Under the pieces are notes generated by a model. It had not been told where the DNA came from. It ran no database searches and was given only the letters and a program-made list of their open reading frames with translations. Shown here piece after piece: positions 11,480 through 22,952 of a DNA stretch of 64,000 nt. Location of the stretch: the NCBI RefSeq assembly GCF_006345805.1, contig NC_043012.1:40548001-40612000 (forward strand). Direction: 5' to 3'. This DNA comes from Octopus sinensis. Lineage: Eukaryota. A program made the translations under genes and the position numbers. Each line of letters starts with the position of its first letter. Position 1 is the stretch's first letter.

Positions 11480-12282
11480 ATCCTTTCTAATATAGGCACA
11501 AGGCCTGGAATTTGTGGGGAGGGGCATAGTCGGTCACATGAAACCCAGTACTTGACTGGGACTTAATTTATTGACCCCGAAAGTGATGAAAGGCAAAGTC
11601 CACCTCGGCGGAACTTGAACTTAGAACGTAAAGACGGACGAAATGCCGCTAAGCTAGCTTGCCGCCTTAACAACATTTCTACTACTACTACGACTACTAC
11701 TACTCATAATAATAATAATAATGTCACAAGGGCATCAATTTTAGTGGGAGGAGGTCAACCGATTACATCGCTCCCAGGACTTGATCGGTACTTTATTTCG
11801 TCGACCCCATAGAAATGAAAGCAAAGTTGACCCCAACATAATTATTTCTACTGCAGGCGTGAGGCCTGAAATTTTGGAGGTGGGCATAGTCGATTGCATC
11901 GATCCCGGAACTCAAATGGTATTTATTTTATTGATCTCGAAAGAATGAAAGGCAAAATTTGACCTCGGTGGAATTAGAACTCGGGATATAAGGACTCACG
12001 AAACGCCGCCAAGCGATTTGTCCGGCGTGATAACCATTCTGCCAGATCTTCACCTTAATAAAGATAATCCTTTCTCCTGGAAGCACAAGGCCTCAAATTT
12101 GGGGGAAGGGATTAAGTCGATTACATCGACCCCAGTACGAAACTGGTATTTAATTTATCGACCCCGAAAGGATGAAAGGCAAAGTCGATCTCGGCGGAAT
12201 TTGAACTCTGAACGTAGCGGCAGACTAAATACTGCCGAGCATTTCGCCCGGTGCGCTAACCACTCTGCCAGCTCGCCACCTT
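11480..12282 (-). mobile_element. Head-to-tail array of four SINE-B copies
   Basis: Body motif (GACCCC..AA..ATGAAA.GCAAA) near 11572, 11804, 11932 and 12159; copies separated by (AAT)/(TAC) spacers. Confidence 0.9.
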
Positions 12283-12299
12283 CACCTTAATGATGATGA

Positions 12300-13500
12300 T
12301 GATAATTTATTGGGTACAAGACAAAGGTCTATAGCAATTAACAAGAAATCTCCCAATGTCGTGGGTGAGTACCACCCTGGGGCAACCAAGTAGTCCTACC
12401 GATCTTAGATCATCCCTGCTCGCCAAGGGCATCACAAGGAGGCACTCATTTCTCATCCCATCCTTCTAGCCTACATGCACAAGCTCAAAGCAAGCACATT
12501 CACTCTGTGTATTCCTTGTTACATTTACCCATCTTTTAACGAAGAATAATCTACTGACTTTTTTTTTTTTAATTTTTGATTCCCGTAATTTTGGAAAAAA
12601 AAAGCCAAGAAATTGAAATGTTTGTGAGAACCCAAATTATTGTAGGGTGGGAGTGACGGAATGATGGTTTTTGTGGAGGAGATAATGATGAAGGTGGTGA
12701 TAATGGTGAGGTTTATGGAGTGGTATGATGGGGGGGGGTGAGGGTTGAAGGTCATTCAAGGTCAATGAAGTTTTCTCATTAAAAATAAATGAACGAGATA
12801 AAAACAGGATCGCCTTCTTGTGAATGAATAACGTAATTGGGTTCTCACACTTGTGAACAACATCTTTCCACTTCGCCTTCCTCCTCCTCCTCCTCCTCCT
12901 TATATCTTTCTTTTTCTTCTTCCCTCTCTTCTTCATCATCTCCTTCATATTGTTGTTCATTTTCTTCATTCCCCTTTTGTTCTTCATCTCCTTGTTTTTC
13001 TTCTATTTCTTCTTTTTCTCTTTCTTCAAGACTTAAGTACTTAAGAATGGTGAGTGAGCAAAAATGGTCGAGTGCCGATCTTAAATGCTTTGGTGGGAAA
13101 ACCCTTCAGGACCCAAGATAGCCACCTGCTGCTCTTATTGGTGTTGGTCATGTTAATGGCAATAAAATGTGTAACGGTTTTGTTGCACTTTCCTCAGCCA
13201 ATCAACTTGCTCTGTTAGCTGACAGTAGAATTTCTTCTTCAGTTCCGTCATTTACCACACATTGGTCTGACCTTCGACAGATTCAAACCAGATCAGAATA
13301 AATGTTTGGCCTTTCATTAACCCGTTCCCATTTATGGCGAAAGGGCCCCCTTCTCACAAAACAACTGGGACTTTACAAGGTCGCTCTCCCACTGTTGGAC
13401 GGGGATAGTGTTGTTAGAATGATATTGCAAAAGTGTTGAGGAGTGCTGCAGATGTGTCTGGACCGAGTGAGAGAGAAAGTAATGTTAGGATGGTGTTTCT
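12300..13500 (-). mobile_element. L1/Tx1-like LINE ORF2 C-terminus and 3' UTR relic, interrupted by low-complexity DNA
   Basis: Minus strand at 12520-12545 reads FVKRWVNVT, matching the ...KRWVNVARM... terminus of these elements. RRGAL-like and WVLKGF-like pieces at 13090-13360 are weak. Ends CTTGTACCCAATAAA. Confidence 0.55.
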
Positions 13501-13559
13501 AGACTGAAAAACGTTGCCGGTGGAAGACTTCGCCGAAATTAAAACAACAATAACGACAA

Positions 13560-14190
13560 TGGTTTCAAATTCTGAGACAAGGCCAGCAATTTGGGGGAGG
13601 GGGGGAGTCGGTTTCATAAAATAAGGTATCAGTGCTCAACTTGTAATTATTTTACAGACCCCGAAAGCGATGAAAAGCGAAGTCGACTTCGGTGGAATTT
13701 CAACGCAGACCATAAAGATGGACGGAATGTTGCTGAGCATTCTGCCCGGCGTACTGACAATTCTGCCTGCTCGCCGCTTTAATAATAATTATTTCAAATT
13801 TTTGCCACAATGGCAGCTTGCGGGAGGAAGGGATGAGTCGATTACATCGACCCCAGTGTTCAACTGGTATTTAATTTATCGACCCCGAAGGGATGAAAGG
13901 CAAAGTCGACCTCGGTGGAATTTGAACTCAGAACGTAGCTACGGGCGAAATACATATTCCTTTACTACCCACAAGGGGCTAAACACAGGGAGTGCAAACA
14001 AGGACAGACAAACGGATTAAGTCGATTACATCGACCCCAGTGCGTAACTGGTACTTATTTAATCGACCCCGAAAGGATGAAAGGCGAAGTCGACCTCGGC
14101 GGAATTTCAACTCAGAACGTAGCTACGGGCGAAATACCGCCTAAGTACTTCGCCCGGTACAGAAACGCTTCGGTCAGCTCGCCACCTTCG
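13560..14190 (-). mobile_element. Array of three SINE-B copies including a dimer with the fixed junction
   Basis: Three body motifs. Junction GGGCGAAATAC|ATATTCCTTTACTACCCACAAGG at ~13950. Confidence 0.9.
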
Positions 14191-14209
14191 CTGCTTTAGT
14201 GATAGTAAT

Positions 14210-14515
14210 TCCTTCTTTTATTGGCCACAAGGGCTAATATAAATAAACATAAAAGGGACATACGATAACATAAAAAGACAAAATCCGGATGATACAAAGG
14301 GTTTTGACGTTCGTGTACCCAATAAACAACAGAAAAAATGAAACGAGTCAAACTCTCAATAGGGGTGGGGAGAGCTTTAAGATTGCTTGTGGGAAAAAAA
14401 GCACAAATGCCACGGGTGCCTGATCAACAAGGCAAGAGCCCTTCTTTTATTTTTCACAGGTGTATACTCAGAATTGGTCCTTTCACACTGACCATTTTCC
14501 CAACATTCACCCACC
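14210..14515 (-). mobile_element. L1/Tx1-like LINE 3' end
   Basis: Minus strand reads WVNVGKMVSVKGPILSIHL* then a 3' UTR ending ATTAGCCCTTGTGGCCAATAAAAG. Confidence 0.7.
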
Positions 14516-14527
14516 TTTATTATTATT

Positions 14528-14560
<33 letters not shown>

Positions 14561-14694
14561 CACGACAATTTATTTCATAGAAATTTACTAATGGCAGATT
14601 GAGTTACGCAGAGACACTGGAGTTAAGTGTTGTAAACAATGTAATTAAAAATTCCGTTGCAATGACACAAGGAAGGAAATAATCAAAGAATGTG

Positions 14695-15650
14695 AGGCAA
14701 CGGTCTGGCAGAGTCGTTAGCACACCGGGTGGAATGCTTAGCGGCATTTCGTCCGTCTTTACGTTCTGAGTTCAAATTTCGCTGAGGTCGACTTTGCTTT
14801 TCATCATTTCGGGGTAGATAAAATAAGTACCTGTTGAATACGGGTTTCAATGTAATCTACTGTCCCCATTCACCAAATTTGAGGCCTTGTACCTATAGTA
14901 GAAAGGATTGTTCTTATTTGAAGTCTGTCTGCTGGTAGAATCGTTAGCTCGTTGGAGGAGATGCTTCGCAGCAATCTTCCGGCTTTCTGCATTCTGAGTT
15001 TTAATTCCTCCGAGTTCGAGACTTTGCCGCTCATCCTATCGGGGTCGATAAAATAGTACCGGCTGAACACTGGGGTGGATTGAATCGACTTGCTTTTTCC
15101 GCCAAAGGTTCAGGTATTGTGTCAATTGGAGAAATAATTATTATTACAGTTCCCTGAGTAAATGAACCAGCATTAGGTATGCACCCGTAGGCAAGAATTT
15201 AAGGAGGGAGAAGCACTTACGGTGCACCTGTTGAGTGTGACTCGTGACCTGTGGGGTTCCTTAGTTGCCCCTGTGTGGCGCTTCCCCCCACCCCGTTATT
15301 GACTATAATCTTATTGTTAATTTTCGTCCACATGTTCTATGTAGCCTGATCCCACTGTCCTTTATTTTATATCGTCCGTTAATGTGTGCAGCCCTTGAGG
15401 CCAATAGAGAATTATTAATGTTGTTATTGTTATTAAGGCAGTTAGTTGGCCGGGGGCGAAATGATTAGCGGCATTTCGTCGGTCTTTACGTTCTGAGTTC
15501 AAATTCCGCCGAGATCGACTTTGCCTTTTGATCCTTTCGGGATCGATAAATTAAGTACCAGTGGCACACTGGGGTCGATGTAATCAACTAGTCCCCCCAC
15601 CCCACATACACACACAAAGTTTAGGCTTTGTACGTATAGTAAGTAGAAAG
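14695..15650 (+). mobile_element. Three SINE-B copies (14695-14930, 14930-15125, 15435-15650)
   Basis: TACGTTCTGAGTTCAAATT...GTCGACTTTGC motifs with AGGCCTTGTACCTATAGTAGAAAGGATT-type tails. Confidence 0.88.
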
Positions 15651-16014
15651 GATTATTTTTTTTATTGCTGTTGTTGTTTGAGTTGAGTACGTTAAGTGTG
15701 TTAGCACTCACTTCTGTGAATTTAGTCAGACTGTTTAGTCGAGCCACAATCAGATGTGAGTCTTATGACCAACATTGAAATGGCTCACAACGGCTTTGTG
15801 TGAACGTTGGACAAAAGCTGGCTTCCCATCTTGTGACTGTCGCTTATTCAAGAAATTCTGAATAACGATGATGAATAACGGGGACGTATATACACGCGTG
15901 TTACACATACACACACACACATATACGCACGTGCACACGCACGCACTCACTCTCTCCTTTTCTTATTCTGTCTCTGTCTCACTCTCTCTCTCTCACACAC
16001 ACACACACGCACGC

Positions 16015-16069
<55 letters not shown>

Positions 16070-16370
16070 TATCATTACCAATCGTCCGGGCCGAGAATGA
16101 CTCTCGAATTAAACTTACGTGGACACGTCTGTCACTATGTGTGTATGCGCGCGCGCGTGTGTGTACACACACACACATGATCACATGTATGTGGTGGTAA
16201 TACTGTTAGTAAATTGTCTGAGATTCTCGTGTTAAACGAGACCAAATGGTTTAGTTTAACCGCTCGGTGTATTCGGTAAACACCGCTACCCGGCAACCGA
16301 TGGATGTGTGGTTCGATTCCTTTCGTGGTATAAATTTGCCATGTCTTAGGCTACATTTGTAGGCACCTTA

Positions 16371-16417
<47 letters not shown>

Positions 16418-17194
16418 ACGCACACACACACACACACACACCACACACACACACACACTTATCTTTCATTTGTCGGCGACCATGCTGGAGCTACGTCTTG
16501 AAGATTCCAGTCAATCAGGCTGATTCCTTTACAAATTGTTTGGTATTTACTTCATCGATACTTATTTGCCGAACAGCTCAGTTACGTTGAACGTAAACAT
16601 ACAAACGACAGCTGTCAAGTGGGGAGACACACATAAACACACGTTCACACGCACATATTTTATTAAGGGCTGCCTAATTCGGGCCCAACTGCTTCCCTTG
16701 TTTTTACTGCATTTTAAACTAAATACATGGCATTGGCAACTAAATCGGAGCAACAACAATGAATTTCATACCATGAACTCCAAGGGAGTATCATCGTAAG
16801 GAGGCTCAATTTCTGAAGGGCCGCTTAAATGGGGCCTCACTGAACCCCTCTCCTGTTTTTACTGCATTTACCTCACTGCTACACTTATTGATTAAACCAT
16901 GATCAGCATCAGTGCTTAACACATTTGCAGAAATAAGTTTGGACATTTCTAAATACCTCCACATACATTCAAATCAAGATAAAGAGTTATAAGAGGGACG
17001 TTTCAGGTGCGTTTGTGTCGATATTTATATATTGTAGCTTATGAAACTTATGTCTAGTGTATATATATAATATATATATATATATATATTTTAAATAATA
17101 AGGATGAAAAACTGAATATTAATATCAATTTAAAACCAGTGGTCTAGCATATTGAAAAATCTGAAGTTTCAGAAAAGATTATGTTACATACATA

Positions 17195-17406
17195 TAAGAG
17201 GGATGACCTGTAAGTGGACATTTCTTATGCTAGAAGAAGATCCGCTATGGTCTTAGCACTAAGAAAGGACCGTTTTCAAGAAAATTTAGCAAACACCAGA
17301 AACGTTTCTGGCGTTTGCTAAATTTTCTTGAGAACGTTCCTTTCTTAATGGTAAGACCATAGCGGATCTTCTTCTAGCATAAGAAATGTCCACTTACAGG
17401 TCATGC

Positions 17407-17412
<6 letters not shown>
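17195..17412. repeat. 218-bp near-perfect palindrome centred on GAAAC|GTTTC
   Basis: TAAGAGGGATGACCTGTAAGTGGACATTTCTTATGCTAGAAGAAGATCCGCTATGGTCTTA... is mirrored base for base with few mismatches and no loop. Confidence 0.95.
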
Positions 17413-17489
<77 letters not shown>

Positions 17490-17519
17490 TCACAAACATA
17501 TATATATATATATATCCCC

Positions 17520-18110
17520 TCACTTACCACCCCACGACCCTACGTCTCCAATGCACCATTCTTCGAGCTTTCCGTCATCTCCAGTCCGACCCGTCCACTT
17601 CACACCCTCTTCCCTAACCGACCCTCCCCTCTTTCAAACGAGCCCACAACCTTCGAGACCTTTTGGTCCTAGCTCCTTCCCTGACCCTACCTCCCAACCC
17701 GGCTCGTTCCCCTGCTCACGCCCACGTTGCCGCACTTGCCCTTACCTCTCCAACACCACCCACCTCACTTGCACCCACCATCGACCCTCCCATCATCCAC
17801 TCCTTCACCTGCACCTCCAGCAATATTATCTATGCATCTCTTACTCTCTCTGCAATTCCTTGTACATCGGACAAACGGGACGCCGCTTGGCTGACCGGTT
17901 TCGCGGAACACCTTCGTGACATCCACCTTGCGAACGACACACCGGTCTCACGCCATTTCCGCTCCACCGGTCACTCCTTGCAACACCTATCTGTGTTCGG
18001 TTTGTCCTTACACAGAGGCCATCCGGATTCCCGTTTGCGCCGTGAACAGGAATTAATCTTCTCTCTTCGCTCTTTACGCCATTTGATCTCAACTCTCCCT
18101 CCCCCCCCTC
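17520..18110 (+). mobile_element. Penelope-like element GIY-YIG endonuclease relic
   Basis: GSFPCSRPRCRTCPYL, HSFTCTSSNIIY, CNSLYIGQTGRRLADRF, AEHLRDI...PVSRHF...GHSLQHLSVFGL...RREQELIFSL across frameshifts. Confidence 0.93.
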
Positions 18111-18380
18111 CTCATCTAATTCCCTCTCCCCCCTCCTCACCTATCCTTTCCCCCCGACCCTACTTCTTCAGTCCTTCATCCTTTCACCTTTCACCCCTAC
18201 TCCCCTTCCCTTCTTCCCTTTTTCTCCTTCCCTCTTCCCCTTCCCTCTGCTCCCTCACTCCCCCCTCCCTCTTTCCTCCTCCTCCTCCCCTCTCCTCCCC
18301 TCTCTCCCCCTCCTCTCTCTCCCCCATCCTCTCCTCTTCCCCCCTCTCCCCCTCTCCTCCTCCCCCCTTTCTCCCCATCT
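18110..18380. repeat. C/T-rich polypyrimidine tract in the Penelope 3' region
   Basis: Almost pure C/T; produces the Pro/Ser-rich pseudo-ORF tail. Confidence 0.9.
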
Positions 18381-18779
18381 TCTCCTCACTACACCACACG
18401 ACTTCACACATCACATCATATATGATTGCCATACTAATACATACACCAACTAATACATACTAATACATAATAACACCAACCCCATACATACGCACGTCCA
18501 CACCAATCCTACGCACTAATACTCTCTCATACACAACACACACACACAAACACACACACCCTTATACATACTAATACATACACACAACCCTATACATACA
18601 CACGTCCAGACCCCTCCTACGCACTATTAGCTGGTCCTTCACCATATTATCAACCCTATTATCTCCCCTTATTTCGCTCTCGCGTCTCATGTTTGATCTT
18701 TGACCTCTGGCCGAAATCAGATCGCCATGTTGATTCGTTAGCTACTGCACACATTTTTTTTTTCTCCTCCTTCTTCTGT

Positions 18780-18925
18780 GTTTTTTTTTCTCTGTGTATC
18801 TTTCTGTGAAGAGCGTAGGCTCGAAACGTTAAAGACTTGTTTTATTTATATTTCCTGAGCGCCATACTAATACAATTGTTCGTTTGTCTTCCACCTGCCT
18901 TCGTCTTTTGTCTATTTTCATAAAG
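18780..18925 (+). mobile_element. Penelope-type terminal repeat segment
   Basis: GAAGAGCGTAGGCTCGAAACGTTAAAGACTT...CTGAGCGCCATACTAATAC...CTTCGTCTTTTG. Same family as the reverse copy at 58760-58900 and the fragment at 30637. Confidence 0.75.
18799..18836 (+). ncRNA. Minimal type-I hammerhead-ribozyme-like motif (degenerate core)
   Basis: TCTTT / CTGTGAA / GAGC-GTAG-GCTC / GAAA / CGTT / AAAGA. Stem I, stem II, GAAA and palindromic ACGT stem III are present; the core deviates from CUGANGA. Confidence 0.6.
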
Positions 18926-19336
18926 CTTCCCGTTATATATATATATATATATATAATATATATATATTATACAGAGAGAGAGAGAGAGGAGAACACCAGT
19001 GTACGTACGCCGCTATATATATATATATATATAATATATAATACAAAATGGGACAAGAACGCAAAACGGTACAAAAAAACATCCGGATAGACGAAAAAAA
19101 AAAAAAAAAACACGGACGGGTCATTCGAAGCCTTTTATCTTCAGTCAAGAACCGGATCATCCTCACGATTCCAAAACACTAGCACGCTCACATGTATTTC
19201 GATAGATGTAGTTACTTATGCACTCACATCCGTTTATCGCGATCCTTTCAATTCTAAGAAAATAACATACCTTTAATAATAATGATAGTAAGGAGATGAA
19301 ATGGTTTAAAGCGGTCAAATACACACGCATATATAT

Positions 19337-19367
<31 letters not shown>

Positions 19368-19389
19368 TCTATATATATATGCACACAGA

Positions 19390-19622
19390 TTCTATCTTCT
19401 ATCTATCTATATCTAATGTATGATATATATAATATATATATATATATATAATATATATATATGTATATGTATATATATATGTATATATATATTATGTATA
19501 TATATATGTATATATATATGTATATATATATATATGGATATATATGTATATAATGTATATATATATGTATATATATGTGTGTAATAATGTATGTATATAA
19601 TATATATATATATTATATATAT

Positions 19623-19654
<32 letters not shown>

Positions 19655-19720
19655 TTATATATATATATATATATATGTATATACACATATATATATATGA
19701 TATACACATAGATCTATGAA
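19390..19720. repeat. Long degenerate (AT)n tract
   Basis: Direct reading. Confidence 0.95.
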
Positions 19721-19990
19721 TGTATATGCAACACACACACATGCGTACGTATATGCGCGCGTGTGTGTGCTGTTATTTTTAAGAACCATCACCACGTCAT
19801 AAGTATCTGCTGCTGCTGCTGCTTCAGCTCCATCCCAAAACACTTTGTTGATGACTTCTTTTTTTTTCAAGAGTCTGAATACGTGTTCCACTGTTCAAAG
19901 CATTATCATTATTATTATTTTTATTATTATTATTATTATTTTTATTATTTTCCACGGAAACATATTAACCATTGTGAAGTGGGAGAGCCA

Positions 19991-20090
19991 NNNNNNNNNN
20001 NNNNNNNNNNNNNNNNNNNNNNNNNNNNNNNNNNNNNNNNNNNNNNNNNNNNNNNNNNNNNNNNNNNNNNNNNNNNNNNNNNNNNNNNNN
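19991..20090. other. Assembly gap (100 N)
   Basis: Run of N; true size unknown. Confidence 1.
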
Positions 20091-20363
20091 CAGTACGAGC
20101 TCACAACTCGTTCCATGTTTAAGGTAATTCAGTTAATATAACCAGTTGACATTTTTTTTTTTTGCATTTTTTAATATAATTGTCATTTTACTTGTAGCTA
20201 CACCTTTTTTTGTTTTAGAACCCATAATTTATTTTGGGTGGTTTTGTGAGGCTGGAACGGATTAATTACATTTTAGTTAATTTCAATGAGAAAAATTGAT
20301 TTGTAAATCGAGTAAATCGTAAGACGAGCTCGGTCATGGGACTCGTACTGCGAGGTATAACTG
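20091..20363. mobile_element. Tigger/pogo-like MITE, left TIR running into the gap
   Basis: Right end CTCGTACTGCGAGGTATAACTG + TA. The first bases after the gap (CAGTACGAG) are the reverse complement of the inner part of that TIR. Confidence 0.65.
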
Positions 20364-20564
20364 TATTAAGAATTCGATCTTTCAAATGGGACAGCATAAC
20401 ATTTAACCAATCGTAGAACATCTAAATCTGTGCAGATCCAACTTCCAATCAAGTGTTAAATATAATTTGCTCTCAGATGTTTGTTTGGTATTTTATGCAT
20501 TGGAATAGATGAGGGTGCATATCCAAGGGTGGAGATTCGAATCTCTACTTTTATTCTGCTCTTG

Positions 20565-20822
20565 TTGTTAGGTCTGTCGCACTCGCGGTCGTGGTTTCGA
20601 TTCCCAGACCGGTAGCACGTTGTGTTCTTCAGCGAACCACTTCATTTCGCGTTTCTCCAGTCCACTCAGCTGCAAATGGGTCACCCTCCAACCGACGATC
20701 CTTCCGCTCATAGGGAGTGGGGACGTTGACCTGCTCACCTAGCTAGCGGGATGGCATCTTTCGAAAGCTAAAACGGCTTTGATCAGCGGTGTATAACGAC
20801 ATATGATAGTCCGGTCGATCAT
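20565..20822 (+). mobile_element. SINE with D-type (V/CORE-like) body and tail Y
   Basis: GGTTTCGATTCCCAGACC...TCCAGTCCACTCAGCTG, then GACCTGCTCACCTAGCTAGCGGG...GATAGTCCGGTCGATC similar to the 52670-52780 tail. Confidence 0.75.
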
Positions 20823-21353
20823 ACAAGATATCTATCTATCTATATATATGTATGTATGTATATATATGACAGGTAAATTAAATGAGGTCAGAGAGTAGAT
20901 GTTTATTCCATTTCTTTACAGCTGTTTCATGATCTTATTAGTTCTTTAATAGACGTTATATATATATATATATATATAGTATATATATATATATATATAT
21001 AACTAAATGTATGTGCGCGCGCGATGCACGATTGGTTTCGACAATAAGCATTTAGCTATTCACTCAACTCAACGCCTGACTGGTTAACTTAACTTCTAGG
21101 GGACTAAGTATACCACAAACATATGTACTCTTCTCGTCACACAATGTGATAAGGTTGCACGTTTTGAATTACGGGTACAACGCAGTTTGGCTCACAACGT
21201 ATGGCAGAAGCCGAAACCATGGTGGAAAAAAAAAAAAAAAAAAAGCTTGGCTAAGATACCGCATAGTAGAATCGAACTCAGTACCACATATTTGCGAAAC
21301 GAACTTCTTAACCACTTTGTCCGTTAAGGTAAGCGTCATGTGGTACCTTACAG

Positions 21354-21396
<43 letters not shown>

Positions 21397-21649
21397 GTAT
21401 ATTTGTATGTGTTATATTTTGGGAGGGTGGCTCTGCCAAAGAAGCACACGCCCTGTTTCTCACTTCTCTAACAATCAGCTGATTGATTTATCAAAATCTT
21501 TCGCTACACCATTGTAATCTTTCCAACGAGACTTACATCACTGTCTCATTTTGCTTTATGGGCGGCTGATATTTATTTATTTATTTATTTATTTATCTAT
21601 TGTGTAATGGCGGGTTAGTGGCGTTTGTGCTGAGTTTGCTTAAACAAAT

Positions 21650-22517
21650 ATGTTAATACATATGTTGTTCGGGTTAAATTTGAGAATTTCTTATGACTCC
21701 TGTTTTCAAGTACAGCTTGATGTATCGTTTCAACAGTCACCAGCGTTGGCGAGCACAAAGATTAAAGCTGTAGCTGAGAAAAGCGAACGTCTGCTGACCA
21801 GGAGGACCGGAAGTTATTTGAATATTGTAAATGAGTTTCCTGTGTCGTGATAATTCACACCAGATATCAAAATATCCAGACCATGACTGTTGCGCAATGC
21901 TCTGTGGACACTAAAAAGGATGTTGGACGTAACATGGACAGCTGTGACAGAGAATATGATGCTGTGGCCAGCAGGAAGGGACACAGGAGGTGTTCTGACT
22001 GAGTCGGCGCGCCGGAATGCATCTAACAACTGATGAATAAGACTTTAAGCTCAGATCAGGTAGTTATGTGAAGTTGCTGGAGACTGGAGTCAAACCTTGG
22101 CTGGAGATGTTTTCTGCTGGATGGCCATATCTGTGGTAGCAGGATTCTGTACCTTGTCGTAGCTCGGGAAATAGTCAGAATGGTTGTCGGACGATTTCTA
22201 CGACTTCACCAGTACCGATTTCTGGCCTCTTAATTCTCCCGTTTGTATTCCTTCGGATTACTTTGAATGAAGGGCGGCTGAGAAAGACACCGACCGTCCT
22301 GCCTTCAGGTGACCAAGATCAAGATGTCCAAAGAATAGCTGTCATGAGGCGGTGGTGGAAACTGAGGGTAATTACTCTGAGTAAATGGTTTTCTTCCACC
22401 AAAATCTCGTTGATATTTTTTTGATTTAAAGAAAAGAAGAAAACTTGTATTTTTGGATGGGATTTCAAGCTTTCTTTCCCTTTTATGCAAACTGTCAAAT
22501 TAATCCGGAACACCCTG
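21650..22517 (+). mobile_element. Tc1/mariner DD37D (maT-like) transposase relic with 3' TIR
   Basis: VKPWLEMFSAGWPYLW*QDSVPC...WLSDDFYDFTSTDFWPLNSPVCIPSDYF...EAVVETEGNYSE*. There are 37 residues between the QD and SDY aspartates after repairing one frameshift. Ends CCGGAACACCCTG + TA; 5' boundary uncertain. Confidence 0.88.
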
Positions 22518-22718
22518 TATATGTATTACTGTATGAGTTTCTGCTGAGGTGTTTATTGTGTGATGTGTACGTGAGTTAATCAGCTGGAAGTTTGACCCTA
22601 TCAAAATACAATAGCTATTTTAACACACTGTTTCACATAAAGAATCTGGCGAAGCAAAGAGATATACGCATGCATATATACGTCTGTGTGTGTGTGTATA
22701 TATATATGCGTGTGTGTT

Positions 22719-22952
22719 AAAGGCAGGAGAGCTGGCAGAAACGTTAGTAGGCCGGGCGAAATGCGTAGCCGTATTTCGTCTACCGTTACGTTCTGAGTTC
22801 AAATTCGGCCGAGGTCGACTTTGCCTTTCATCCTTTCGGGGTCGATAAATAAAGTACCAGTTATGCATTGGGGTCGATGTAATCGACTTAATCCCTTTGT
22901 CTGTCCTTGTTTGTCCACTCTATGTTTAGTTCCTTGTGGGTAGTAAAGAAAT
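22719..22952 (+). mobile_element. SINE family B, full length, tail type 1
   Basis: AAGGCAGGAGAGCTGGCAGAAACGTTAG ... TGTGGGTAGTAAAGAAAT. Confidence 0.93.

Noticed and set aside
12622-12848. 12-bp inverted repeat GTGAGAACCCAA
   Set aside because: Too short to separate from chance or a small local inversion in decayed LINE DNA.
19110-19170. CTGAAGA on the minus strand as another hammerhead
   Set aside because: No stem II pairing and GAAT instead of GAAA.
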